From assembly GCA_012910725.1 (NCBI GenBank), contig WNEG01000087.1, positions 13,917-40,573 of the forward strand: a stretch of DNA of 26,657 bases, given 5' to 3'. Origin of the DNA: Candidatus Ethanoperedens thermophilum (GTDB taxonomy: Archaea > Halobacteriota > Methanosarcinia > Methanosarcinales > EX4572-44). A program made the position numbers and the translations under genes. Shown here piece after piece: positions 1 through 8,220 of the stretch. Position 1 is the stretch's first letter. Each line of letters starts with the position of its first letter. The notes beneath the pieces were generated by a model. The model searched no databases and was not told the origin of the DNA. It worked only from the letters and a program-made list of their open reading frames with translations.

Positions 1-3
1 CAT

Positions 4-1818
4 TTATACTGCATCCTCTAATACTAACCTTGGTGCAACGCCAAGTGATTTCATTTCATCCAGTAGCAGCTTAAAGGCATAGCTCATCTCAACTAAATGA
101 ATGTCAGTATTAGCACCACAATTGCTGCAGAATACTCTGTTGCTGCGGCGATCAATCATTGCAATCATGCCGCAGTGCCCACATACATATTCTTTCACTT
201 TATCAGATTCATCAAGCAGGCGCTCTTTTAATACCATGGCAGCACCATGCCCAAGGAGCACATCACGTTCCATCTCTCCAAACCGCAGACCTCCCTCTCT
301 TGCACGCCCTTCTGTTGGCTGGCGGGTAAGTACCTGTATTGGTCCACGTGAACGTGCATGCATCTTGGAAGCTACCATGTGATAGAGCTTTTGATATAAG
401 ATAACTCCTACAAACACATTAGCCAGTATACGTCTGCCTGTTACCCCATCATAGAACACTTCTTTTCCAGTATGGGCATATCCTGCTTTTTGCATAGCAG
501 CCCGCATATCTATTTCTTCTTCACCTGAAAACGGTGTGGCATCGACTCTCCGTCCCTGCAAGCTTCCAACCTTGCCGCCAATCATCTCAAGCACATGTCC
601 CACTGTCATTCGTGAAGGGATTGCATGTGGGTTAATGATAAGATCAGGGACCATGCCATTTTCTGTAAAAGGCATGTCTGCATAGGGCACTATTAAACCT
701 ATAACACCTTTTTGACCATGCCTGGATGCAAATTTATCTCCTATTTCTGGTATTCGCTGGTCCCTGGTCCTCACCTTTGCAAGGCGAGCACCACTTTCAG
801 ATTCGGTGAGTATTACTGTATCGATGATGCCTTTTTCATTGGAGCGCACAGTAACAGAGCTTTCTCGCCGCTGCTGTGGGCTTAATCCAAGATCTGTTGG
901 CTCTTCAAGAAACCGCGGTGGACTTGTTTTTCCGATCAATACGTCGTTTGGTCCAACACAGGTCTCAGGGTTTGGAAGTCCATCGGCATCAAGATGGGCA
1001 TAAGCTTCAGAACCACGTGCTCCTCGCACCTCTGAGTCAGGTATTTCAAATCTGTCAAGGTGTCCGCCAGGATATTTTCGTTCCTCTCCTTCCTGTGTAC
1101 GGAAGAAGTGGCTTCGTCCAAGCCCCCTCTCGATTGAACCTTTGTTTATGACAAGAGCGTCTTCAATGTTGTATCCTTCATAAGACAGCACTGCTACTAC
1201 GAAGTTTTGTCCTGATGGGCGCTGATCAAATCCAATAGCTTCGGCAGTCTGCATATTAACAATCGCCTTTTGTGGATAATGAAGCATGTGAGCCCTCGTG
1301 TCCTGTCGAAGTTTGAGATTTGCTGACGAGACACCGAGTGATTGTTTCATCATGCCCGCACCCATCGTATTTCTTGGAGATGCATTGTGTTCTGGGAATG
1401 GAACCATCCCGGTACAGATTCCAAGTATCAAAGCAGGATTGACTTCAAGGTGTGTATGTTGTTTGGTAAGATCTTGCTCATTGATAGCGACAAGTGTGTT
1501 TTCTTCTTCTTCAGCATCGACATATTCAACCACACCTTCATTTACCAGATCTTCAAAGGTTAGTTTACCACTATTTATATCTTGTATATGCTGCTCAGTT
1601 ACAAGAGATCTGCCGTTCTTTACAATGATCAGTGGTCTTCTGGTTCTACCACTGTCGGTACTGATGACAACCTCATTAGTTTTTGGATAGTAAGTGATAT
1701 TTAATTGTTTTGATATGATACCACATCTTCTAACATCCCTGATATTCTCGACAAACTCTTCTGGATCGTCATGATGCCCGATCAACTCCCCATTAAAAAA
1801 GATTCGTGACGTGTTCAT
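4..1818 (-). CDS. rpoB1: DNA-directed RNA polymerase subunit B' (Rpo2C)
   Basis: Motifs [25 protein letters not shown] and Zn-finger CGHC..CSNC. Start reassigned from the TTG at 1875 (inside a repeat) to the ATG at 1818, which has GGAG upstream. CAT at 1-3 is probably the start of the next gene (rpoA'). Confidence 0.97.
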   Translation of the reverse strand: MNTSRIFFNGELIGHHDDPEEFVENIRDVRRCGIISKQLNITYYPKTNEVVISTDSGRTRRPLIIVKNGRSLVTEQHIQDINSGKLTFEDLVNEGVVEYVDAEEEENTLVAINEQDLTKQHTHLEVNPALILGICTGMVPFPEHNASPRNTMGAGMMKQSLGVSSANLKLRQDTRAHMLHYPQKAIVNMQTAEAIGFDQRPSGQNFVVAVLSYEGYNIEDALVINKGSIERGLGRSHFFRTQEGEERKYPGGHLDRFEIPDSEVRGARGSEAYAHLDADGLPNPETCVGPNDVLIGKTSPPRFLEEPTDLGLSPQQRRESSVTVRSNEKGIIDTVILTESESGARLAKVRTRDQRIPEIGDKFASRHGQKGVIGLIVPYADMPFTENGMVPDLIINPHAIPSRMTVGHVLEMIGGKVGSLQGRRVDATPFSGEEEIDMRAAMQKAGYAHTGKEVFYDGVTGRRILANVFVGVILYQKLYHMVASKMHARSRGPIQVLTRQPTEGRAREGGLRFGEMERDVLLGHGAAMVLKERLLDESDKVKEYVCGHCGMIAMIDRRSNRVFCSNCGANTDIHLVEMSYAFKLLLDEMKSLGVAPRLVLEDAV

Positions 1819-1831
1819 ATTAGTTCGACTC

Positions 1832-2018
1832 CTGCATACAACGCAAGCAGAAAATAATTCTTGATTGCTGCACAACTTCGTTGTGCAGAAATAACTCTTG
1901 ATTGCAACCTGACTTGTAAGTGTAGTAGTCTAACAGCGGCTGAACAACTTCGTTGTGCAGAAATAACTTTTGATTGCAATTCTTGATTGTGCAGCAATCG
2001 AGTGCACAAGAAATCAAG
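1832..2018. repeat. Mosaic palindromic repeat cluster between rpoB'' and rpoB'
   Basis: Degenerate module B at 1832-1850, module A (CTGCACAAC-TTC-GTTGTGCAG) at 1868-1888 and 1940-1960, and CTTGATTG..CAATCRAG modules. Confidence 0.9.
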
Positions 2019-2019
2019 T

Positions 2020-3594
2020 TCATATAAGTTCAACTCCATGGCTTGGCTCTTCACCTTGTGCTTCGAGTTCAGGTGCGTAAGATACTGGTTTTTCTTTAGG
2101 TTCGATCAGGAAGGGTGCAAGAGGTTGTACATCGAGGCTGCTGAATAATAAGTCTTTAACTGCATCCCCATTATCCATGCCAGTTGATATCTCAACCATC
2201 TGCGCAAAGTTTTTAACCAAGCCGCAGTTTGGGCCCTCTGGCGTCTCTGAAGGACATATCCGTCCCCATTGTGTGGGATGCAGGTCACGTGCTTCAAAGT
2301 GTGGTTGTGAGCGGGATAATGGCGATACCACTCTTCTAAGGTGTGAAAGTGTAGCTATGAAATCTGTGCGATCGAGCAGTTGTGAAACGCCGGTACGACC
2401 CCCCACCCAGTTTCCTGTTGCAAGAGAATAATTAAGCCTTTCTGTTAGCACGTCTGAACGTACTACTGTTGAGATGTTAAGTTCCCTATTTCTCATACTG
2501 GCTCTCTCAAGCTGGTATTTAATATCTCGTGTTAAACGGTTAAACGAAACACGAAACAGGTCTTCCATCAAATCACCAGCAAGCTTCAGACGTTTATTGG
2601 CATAGTGATCCTTATCCACTTCATTGCGGCGGTAAAGTGCCAGTTCAAAGCATGTTTCTGCCATTCTGCCAAGGAACTGTGCTTTAAGTAGACGTTGTTC
2701 TTCTTCATTTCCAAGATGAGGTAATAAGTATCGATCAATGATGTAGTTTGCTCTTTTTATCTGGTACTCTTTTAGCTGACCTGCTGCAATCCTGTTACCG
2801 ATCTTTTCAAGAGCTTCTTCGCAGGTTTCAACCTCTGCTTCTTCAAGGTTTTCAAGCATGAATTTCATAATTTCAGGATCATTAGATACTGCAGTTGCAA
2901 TATCCTCGTCGTTCTCAACTCCAAGAGCTCGCATCATCGTTGTAAAATTGATTCTACCTGAAATAGAGGGAAAGGATACTTCAAGTAGATCTTTTTTGTT
3001 CCGTTCAACAATTACAAGAGCACGATAGCCTCTTCGCTGAGAAAATACCTTTGCAACTTCGATTCGCTCTCCATATCGTAATTCAAATTCTACTATGATC
3101 CTATTGGACGCAAGGTCTTCAAGGGTGGTTATCACTCGCTCTGTGCCATTTATTATAAAATAACCACCAGGATCATGTGGGTCTTCTCCCAGTTTGATCA
3201 TTTCCTCTTCAGACATGCCATGCAGGTTGCATGCTTTTGAGTGAAGCATTACTGGCAGAAATCCAATATCTGCTTCCTTTGGCCCAGATTCTTCTTCCTT
3301 ATCAACGATGCTCATCTCAAGCTTCATCGGTGCTGCATAGGTGATGTTTCGCAGGCGTGCATCCGTTGGATACAGCTTGTCGACTGCGCCATCAGCTTCT
3401 TTAACCACAGGCTCTCCGACACTAATTCGTCCAAGTTTTATGTGTACATCTTCTACATCGGTCTCTATAATCTGTTGTTCATCGATAATCTTTTGAAGCC
3501 CGCGACCAAGGAATTCGTTAAACGAATTCGCATGGTGCTGCACTATTTTTTCATGGGTGAAATATGCTTTTGATAAAATCCGGCGATCCAGCAT
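2020..3594 (-). CDS. rpoB2: DNA-directed RNA polymerase subunit B'' (Rpo2N)
   Basis: Motifs GGYFIINGTERV, SHLRRVVSPL and HPTQWGRICPSETPEGPNCGLVKN; GAGGT ribosome-binding site upstream. Confidence 0.97.
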   Translation of the reverse strand: MLDRRILSKAYFTHEKIVQHHANSFNEFLGRGLQKIIDEQQIIETDVEDVHIKLGRISVGEPVVKEADGAVDKLYPTDARLRNITYAAPMKLEMSIVDKEEESGPKEADIGFLPVMLHSKACNLHGMSEEEMIKLGEDPHDPGGYFIINGTERVITTLEDLASNRIIVEFELRYGERIEVAKVFSQRRGYRALVIVERNKKDLLEVSFPSISGRINFTTMMRALGVENDEDIATAVSNDPEIMKFMLENLEEAEVETCEEALEKIGNRIAAGQLKEYQIKRANYIIDRYLLPHLGNEEEQRLLKAQFLGRMAETCFELALYRRNEVDKDHYANKRLKLAGDLMEDLFRVSFNRLTRDIKYQLERASMRNRELNISTVVRSDVLTERLNYSLATGNWVGGRTGVSQLLDRTDFIATLSHLRRVVSPLSRSQPHFEARDLHPTQWGRICPSETPEGPNCGLVKNFAQMVEISTGMDNGDAVKDLLFSSLDVQPLAPFLIEPKEKPVSYAPELEAQGEEPSHGVELI

Positions 3595-3626
3595 ATATTA
3601 ATAACCTCGACTTTTTTTATTTCTCA

Positions 3627-3860
3627 TCAGACAACCAGTCTATATATAGTTGCTTCACCTGCTGTTGCACTTTTTCTGGTTACTTTAATCACATTTCCAG
3701 CACCTGCTTTTATTTCTTTTATAACAGGATCAACAGTTTTAATTTTTGGAAGTTGCTCTTTTTCAATGTTGTATTTTTCCAGAACCAGTGCAAGCTCCTC
3801 ATCACTCAATATTTCATGATTGGGAACCGTATCATGATTTAACAAACTAAACTCTTTCAT
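3627..3860 (-). CDS. rpoH: DNA-directed RNA polymerase subunit H (Rpo5), 77 aa
   Basis: HDTVPNHEIL...LPKIKTVDPV...VIKVTRKSATAGEATIYRLVV. The true start is the ATG at 3860; the longer track ORF runs into the IS element. Confidence 0.95.
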   Translation of the reverse strand: MKEFSLLNHDTVPNHEILSDEELALVLEKYNIEKEQLPKIKTVDPVIKEIKAGAGNVIKVTRKSATAGEATIYRLVV

Positions 3861-5296
3861 CGTACTTGTGCAAGGAGACCCAGTCCGCAAGGGCGGGCAG
3901 GAATTGCGCACACCTCCTGTATAACTCCTTTTGCTCTTTTTAGAAGCGTTAACTTCTTGCTGTTTACTGACGCTCCGATTTGATCTCCAGTGATTGTCCG
4001 AAGACCAAAGTATCCGGAACTCCGTAATCCATGTATAAAACATTCGTTGTTGTTGTATTTCACTTTATCATACCTTCTGAATCCTTTAACTTCTTTCACA
4101 GTATTTCTCTTTAACCTTCCTCCTTTGAGGAGGTTGGCTTTGTATAATGATCGGTTCTGTCGCCTTACTTGTTTGCTGATGATTATGCTATCAGATCGCA
4201 TCTGACCATTACCGCCAGCAATAACAAAAGCATCCGTTGCGTGTGATTTCTCTAATCCAAGTTTGATGCGATTGTATTTTGTGGTGTAGCCATACGTCTG
4301 ATTACAATTCAGCAGATCAACGATTCTGCTTCTCACAGCATTCATAAACGCAGTCGCTTTCAGTGTCTTTTCGGCTTTGCTCTGTATTTCAGGGTGACCG
4401 AACTCTCCAGCTGTCTGATTGCCCTTTGCCTGATTGCACTCGTGACAGGCTATCGTCAGATTAGAGACTCTATCCGAACCGCCTCTTGACCGTGGTACGA
4501 TATGTTCAATCTCCAATGGCACATCCTTTTTGCCGCAGTAAGCACATTTCCTGCCCCACTTTTCCAGCAGGTACTCTCTGACTTCGTATCCTTGCAATTC
4601 TCCTTGTTGGTATTCTATTCCACTGATTTCTGGATTCTGCATCTTCTGGGCATCGAAAGAAGCGACCTCGATAACTATTTTTGTAATCGGAAGAATCTTC
4701 TTCAGTTTCTCAATGAGTTTGATGTGGTTATTCAATTTATGTTGAATGTTCGGTGCAAGCCAGCCTTTTGGGATGCCGCGATTGTTGAAACGTGGTTCTC
4801 TGTGCCACAACCTTGCTCTTCGCGTGCGTCTGTATGTTCTTCGTTTTTCGATGAGTCGTTTGATGTCGGATCGCAGGGTTAATTCGCCAGCGATGAGTTC
4901 TCTGTCGGATGTTACTGTGCTGAACCCGACCGTTGTGTATCCAGCGTCTATTCCGAGTGTTGTGTCCTGCGTATTTTCTTCACAATCCCAAAGCAATCTA
5001 ATCGTGAACGGTGTCTGCTGAACGACCTCTGCTCTACCTGCTTCCAGCAGATGTCTTGCTTTTGCAGGTTTGCATGGCATCAGGGGATTTCCATTCTTGT
5101 TAATCACAAATACCAGCGTATCGGCTTTATGCCCTCCCGCTGGTTGGAGTAAGTGCTCCTCGGAGTTGTTGGAAAGTGTTTTTAAACTCACCACACCGTC
5201 CTTGCCCCTCGGGACTTTTAATGATGGGTCACAGTTGCACCGAACTGGAGCAGTATTCGGTGGTGTGTATGTATTTCTTCTATCCAACTTCTGCAT
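3857..5296 (-). CDS. iscB: IscB RNA-guided endonuclease (OMEGA)
   Basis: PLMP (NPLMPC), RuvC-I GIDAG, Arg-rich bridge helix RRTYRRTRRAR, RuvC-II IEVASFD, HNH CAYC..EHIVP..N..CHECN, RuvC-III HATDA. GGAGG precedes the ATG at 5296. Confidence 0.95.
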   Translation of the reverse strand: MQKLDRRNTYTPPNTAPVRCNCDPSLKVPRGKDGVVSLKTLSNNSEEHLLQPAGGHKADTLVFVINKNGNPLMPCKPAKARHLLEAGRAEVVQQTPFTIRLLWDCEENTQDTTLGIDAGYTTVGFSTVTSDRELIAGELTLRSDIKRLIEKRRTYRRTRRARLWHREPRFNNRGIPKGWLAPNIQHKLNNHIKLIEKLKKILPITKIVIEVASFDAQKMQNPEISGIEYQQGELQGYEVREYLLEKWGRKCAYCGKKDVPLEIEHIVPRSRGGSDRVSNLTIACHECNQAKGNQTAGEFGHPEIQSKAEKTLKATAFMNAVRSRIVDLLNCNQTYGYTTKYNRIKLGLEKSHATDAFVIAGGNGQMRSDSIIISKQVRRQNRSLYKANLLKGGRLKRNTVKEVKGFRRYDKVKYNNNECFIHGLRSSGYFGLRTITGDQIGASVNSKKLTLLKRAKGVIQEVCAIPARPCGLGLLAQVR

Positions 5297-5382
5297 TGTT
5301 TTAGGTGCCTCCTGATCAACTAAGGGATTCTTTAGAAGTCCCTTCCTTTAGTCCTGTTAGGGTCAAGGGAGGGGTAGTTGAC
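3861..5382. mobile_element. Non-autonomous IS200/IS605-family element carrying iscB
   Basis: Left end follows TTCAT and has a subterminal hairpin; right end ..GGGAGGGGTAGTTGAC. Removing it rejoins GGAGG..AAGTAAG to the rpoH ATG. No tnpA inside. Confidence 0.9.
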
Positions 5383-5411
5383 CTTACTTAGGTTTCCTCC
5401 TGTAGCAGAAA
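5115..5411 (-). ncRNA. Putative IscB omegaRNA (5' guide from flank 5383-5411, scaffold starting GTCAACTACCCC at 5382; 3' boundary approximate)
   Basis: Canonical GTCAACTACCCC start, GTCAACTA/TAGTTGAT closing stem and internal hairpins upstream of the PLMP codons. Confidence 0.65.
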
Positions 5412-5485
5412 CGGGCTCGATGGGAATTGAACCCACGACCATCTGGTTAAAAGCCAGGTGCTCTGCCGAACTGAGCTACGAGCCC
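5412..5485 (-). tRNA. tRNA-Lys (anticodon UUU), no intron, CCA not encoded
   Basis: GGGCTCG/CGAGCCC acceptor stem, D arm GCTCAGTTCGGCAGAGC, CTTTTAA anticodon loop, GGTTCAATTCC T arm. Confidence 0.95.
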
Positions 5486-5607
5486 ATATAAAGGGCATGC
5501 GCACAAATATGCAACTTGTTATTATATGTTCACACAAGATCTTGAAGATATCACTGAAGATGCATCCACCTTCCAACATCCTAATCTAATTTAAAACTTT
5601 CTCTACA

Positions 5608-6804
5608 CTATGGCGTTTTTGTCCTGGTGTGTTGTTTCCATCCTTCCTCTTCCACCCTTCGCATGATATGCTTTAGAGGAATGCCGGTTGTTTTTGCTAT
5701 TTTCTTGCAGTCATCAAACTCTGCTGACACATCGAGGATGTGCCTGTTCAGGTCTGTTGCAATCTTCACACCTGATGTATATTGTTTGTTGTTTATGAGT
5801 ATCTGTATTCTTTTTATCGTTCTTCTGGCAGTAAGCCGATGTTTTGCCGGTATGATTCGTACACCAAGACTGCCTGTCTCTTCTATGATGGTTTTTGCAA
5901 GGTGTGAGGAGTTTGATGGTTTTGCAATCACCTGCACGATATGCCCACTTCTGCTTTTTTTAGTGGTAGTAGGTATAATGCACACATCCTTTGCACCTTC
6001 TTCAAGCAATCTATCTATGAGGTTTCCTAATACCTCTCCTGTAACATCGTCGATGTTTGTTTCAATAACTTCAATAGCGTCAGGCATGAGATTGTCTTCT
6101 ACTTCAGCAAGAATTGCCCGAAGAAGGTTGGGATGTTCATATTCATGCTTTCCAGCACCATATCCAATCCTGTGTATTGCTATTGGTGGCAGCGATGCAT
6201 GCTGGTTTGTGAAATGAGAAAGCAAGGCAGCTCCTGTTGGAGTTAGTAATTCTCCTTGAATAGATGTTTGCTGGATTACCAGTTGCGTGTTTCTAAGTAT
6301 CTCAAGCGTGGCTGGTGATGGCAGTGGATAGGTACCGTGGTTTATGCTAACAAAGCCAGTACCTGTTGATATTGGATTGCAGTATATATATTTTGGCTTA
6401 AGAATATCTATTGCTGTACATGCTCCTGCGATATCTGCTATGGCATCGTCACACCCCACCTCATGAAAATGAGTCTCTGGTAGATGTCCATGTACCGTGG
6501 ATTCTGCCTTTGCAAGTATTTCATATACCAGGAGAACGTCAGCTTTTATTCCTGGTGTGATGCTCAACTCCTGGATGTGCTGTTTTACTTCTGCGTATGT
6601 GCGGTGTTTCTGGTGTTGTTGAACCACTGTTGTTCTAACTGCACTAATCCCAGATTTTTTCACTGTGGATACATCTACTTCGACACTTGCGGCAGATTCC
6701 ATCACACCCACCACAACTTCAGGGTCTGCACCAAGGTCTATTAAAGCGCTTACAATCATATCCCCGCTTGCACCAGAATAGGGGTCAAATATCAATACAT
6801 CCAT
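5608..6804 (-). CDS. larC: Nickel pincer cofactor biosynthesis protein LarC
   Basis: FDPYSGASGDM N-terminus, HFHEVG, ELLTPTGAALL, IETNIDD, TTKKSRSG. Confidence 0.9.
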   Translation of the reverse strand: MDVLIFDPYSGASGDMIVSALIDLGADPEVVVGVMESAASVEVDVSTVKKSGISAVRTTVVQQHQKHRTYAEVKQHIQELSITPGIKADVLLVYEILAKAESTVHGHLPETHFHEVGCDDAIADIAGACTAIDILKPKYIYCNPISTGTGFVSINHGTYPLPSPATLEILRNTQLVIQQTSIQGELLTPTGAALLSHFTNQHASLPPIAIHRIGYGAGKHEYEHPNLLRAILAEVEDNLMPDAIEVIETNIDDVTGEVLGNLIDRLLEEGAKDVCIIPTTTKKSRSGHIVQVIAKPSNSSHLAKTIIEETGSLGVRIIPAKHRLTARRTIKRIQILINNKQYTSGVKIATDLNRHILDVSAEFDDCKKIAKTTGIPLKHIMRRVEEEGWKQHTRTKTP

Positions 6805-6830
6805 TGGTGTAACTAAGAAAGTGCTCGAAG

Positions 6831-6842
6831 CATATAGTTTTT
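6831..6842 (-). promoter_or_regulatory. Putative BRE/TATA box for larC
   Basis: AAAAACTATATG about 27 nt upstream of the ATG. Confidence 0.4.
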
Positions 6843-7296
6843 ATGGGTACTAAAAAATGGTACATTATCTCCGAAAAACTTAACAACTTTTTTTAGTTTC
6901 ATTTATTTTTCATTCCAACTCAATTTTCCATCAGCTTAGACCACATTCATAATTTCAGCAAAATCTATAAATACATAGGATATCCTGTGAGAAAATGTCA
7001 GTATCAGGTATTTTTATTTTGCTTATGAACAGGTGCTGCAACTGCTATGGTTTGTATTGTACAAAAATGAGGTAATTCGGAGATACTGTTATAATCAAAA
7101 ATGTTATATATAATTAAACATAACCTGATAAAAGGAGGTATGGTAAAATGTCCTACCTTTATTTGGGAAATGACCAATTGGCTGTCAAAGCAGACGAGGA
7201 TTAGGGGAGGTCAGGTCAGGAGATGGGGATAGAAGGAAGGATAGAGGAAAAAGAAGAAGGCAGGCTTGTGGTGGCTGAGGAGGAGCAGACATAAAA

Positions 7297-7605
7297 ATGA
7301 GAAAAATTATAAAGGAAGTCGGGGAACTGGTAAAGAAGGAGTTCGACGTAGAGGAGGTGATTTTATTCGGCTCTTTTGCTTCCGGGAAACCTTCACAGAG
7401 TAGCGACCTTGACATTTTAGTTATTATGGATACCAAATTGAAGCCTTACAAACAGTCAGCTTTAATCCGCATGCAGTTAGATAAAAAATTGGGTGTGAAA
7501 GTTCCCATAGACTTAATCGTAAGAACGCCTCAACAGATTAACGAAAGACTAAATTTAGGCGATTTTTTTATAAAAAATATATTAACCAACGGAGTTCATT
7601 TATGA
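7297..7605 (+). CDS. Minimal nucleotidyltransferase (MNT) antitoxin
   Basis: LFGSFASG..SDLDILV motif; GAGGAGG ribosome-binding site; ATGA overlap with the HEPN gene. Confidence 0.88.
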   Translation: MRKIIKEVGELVKKEFDVEEVILFGSFASGKPSQSSDLDILVIMDTKLKPYKQSALIRMQLDKKLGVKVPIDLIVRTPQQINERLNLGDFFIKNILTNGVHL

Positions 7606-7979
7606 AAGAACTAACAAAAGAATGGATAGACAAAGCAGAGGGTGATTTTATCGTTGTTAATCATGAATATGACGCTAAAACCCCGGTTTATGATGCAATA
7701 TGCTTTCACGCCCAGCAATGTGTAGAGAAATATATGAAAGCAATATTGCAAGAAAATAATATAAAGTTTGAGAAAGTTCACGACCTTGATCTCCTGTTGG
7801 AAAAATGTAAACATTTCGCGCCTCTTTTAGAAGAGCGCAAGGAGGAGTTGATAGAACTTTCCAGTTTTGCAGTAGAGATAAGGTATCCTGGCATAACGGC
7901 TGCGGAAGAAGAGGCAGCAAATTGTATCTCGATAATGGCGGGGACACGGAAGATTATAAAAGAGTATTTTGAAGAATAA
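7602..7979 (+). CDS. HEPN domain protein (toxin partner of MNT)
   Basis: W..KAE.D, FHAQQCVEKYMKA, KVHDL and RYP motifs. Confidence 0.88.
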   Translation: MKELTKEWIDKAEGDFIVVNHEYDAKTPVYDAICFHAQQCVEKYMKAILQENNIKFEKVHDLDLLLEKCKHFAPLLEERKEELIELSSFAVEIRYPGITAAEEEAANCISIMAGTRKIIKEYFEE

Positions 7980-8005
7980 CCGAGATAGGAAAGGAGAATG
8001 AAAAA

Positions 8006-8143
8006 ATGGGATTTGCATTCGTGAAGATGAATCTGAAGAAATCCTTTGAATCTGAGAAATTAAAGGAAGAGCGACTGCTGGTTGGTTCGGGTGCAATTTA
8101 TGCCGTGGTTCTGGAAGAGGATTTTGAACAGGAAACAGGTTAG
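8006..8143 (+). pseudogene. Possible remnant of a retropepsin-like aspartyl protease gene
   Basis: 45-aa ORF MGFAFVKMNL..LLVGSGAIYAVV resembles the LLVD[ST]GA motif with Asp replaced by Gly and an early stop; AGGAG upstream. Confidence 0.35.
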
Positions 8144-8220
8144 GGGTCGTTATGAAATAACCTCAGTAACTTTGAATCCATAAAAGTTTCCAACCACGAG
8201 ATTAATCTTGTGTAATGTTC

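Noticed and set aside
1815-2054. Short ORFs containing LHNEVVQ/LYNEVVQ (also 9759-10265, 16275-16685, 18400-18585, 20421-20624, 24531-25013)
   Set aside because: They are translations of the palindromic repeat. Differences between copies include a stop and show no synonymous bias.
3861-4043. N-terminal extensions of RpoH, RpoB' (1819-1875), PhoU (20435-20476), ATPase (11796-11825) and HicA (16924-16956) in the ORF track
   Set aside because: They run into IS or repeat DNA or start upstream of the SD; the downstream ATGs fit family N-termini.
5412-5485. C.A mismatch at the top of the tRNA-Lys anticodon stem as a sign of a pseudo-tRNA
   Set aside because: All other arms are canonical and single 27-43 mismatches are tolerated.
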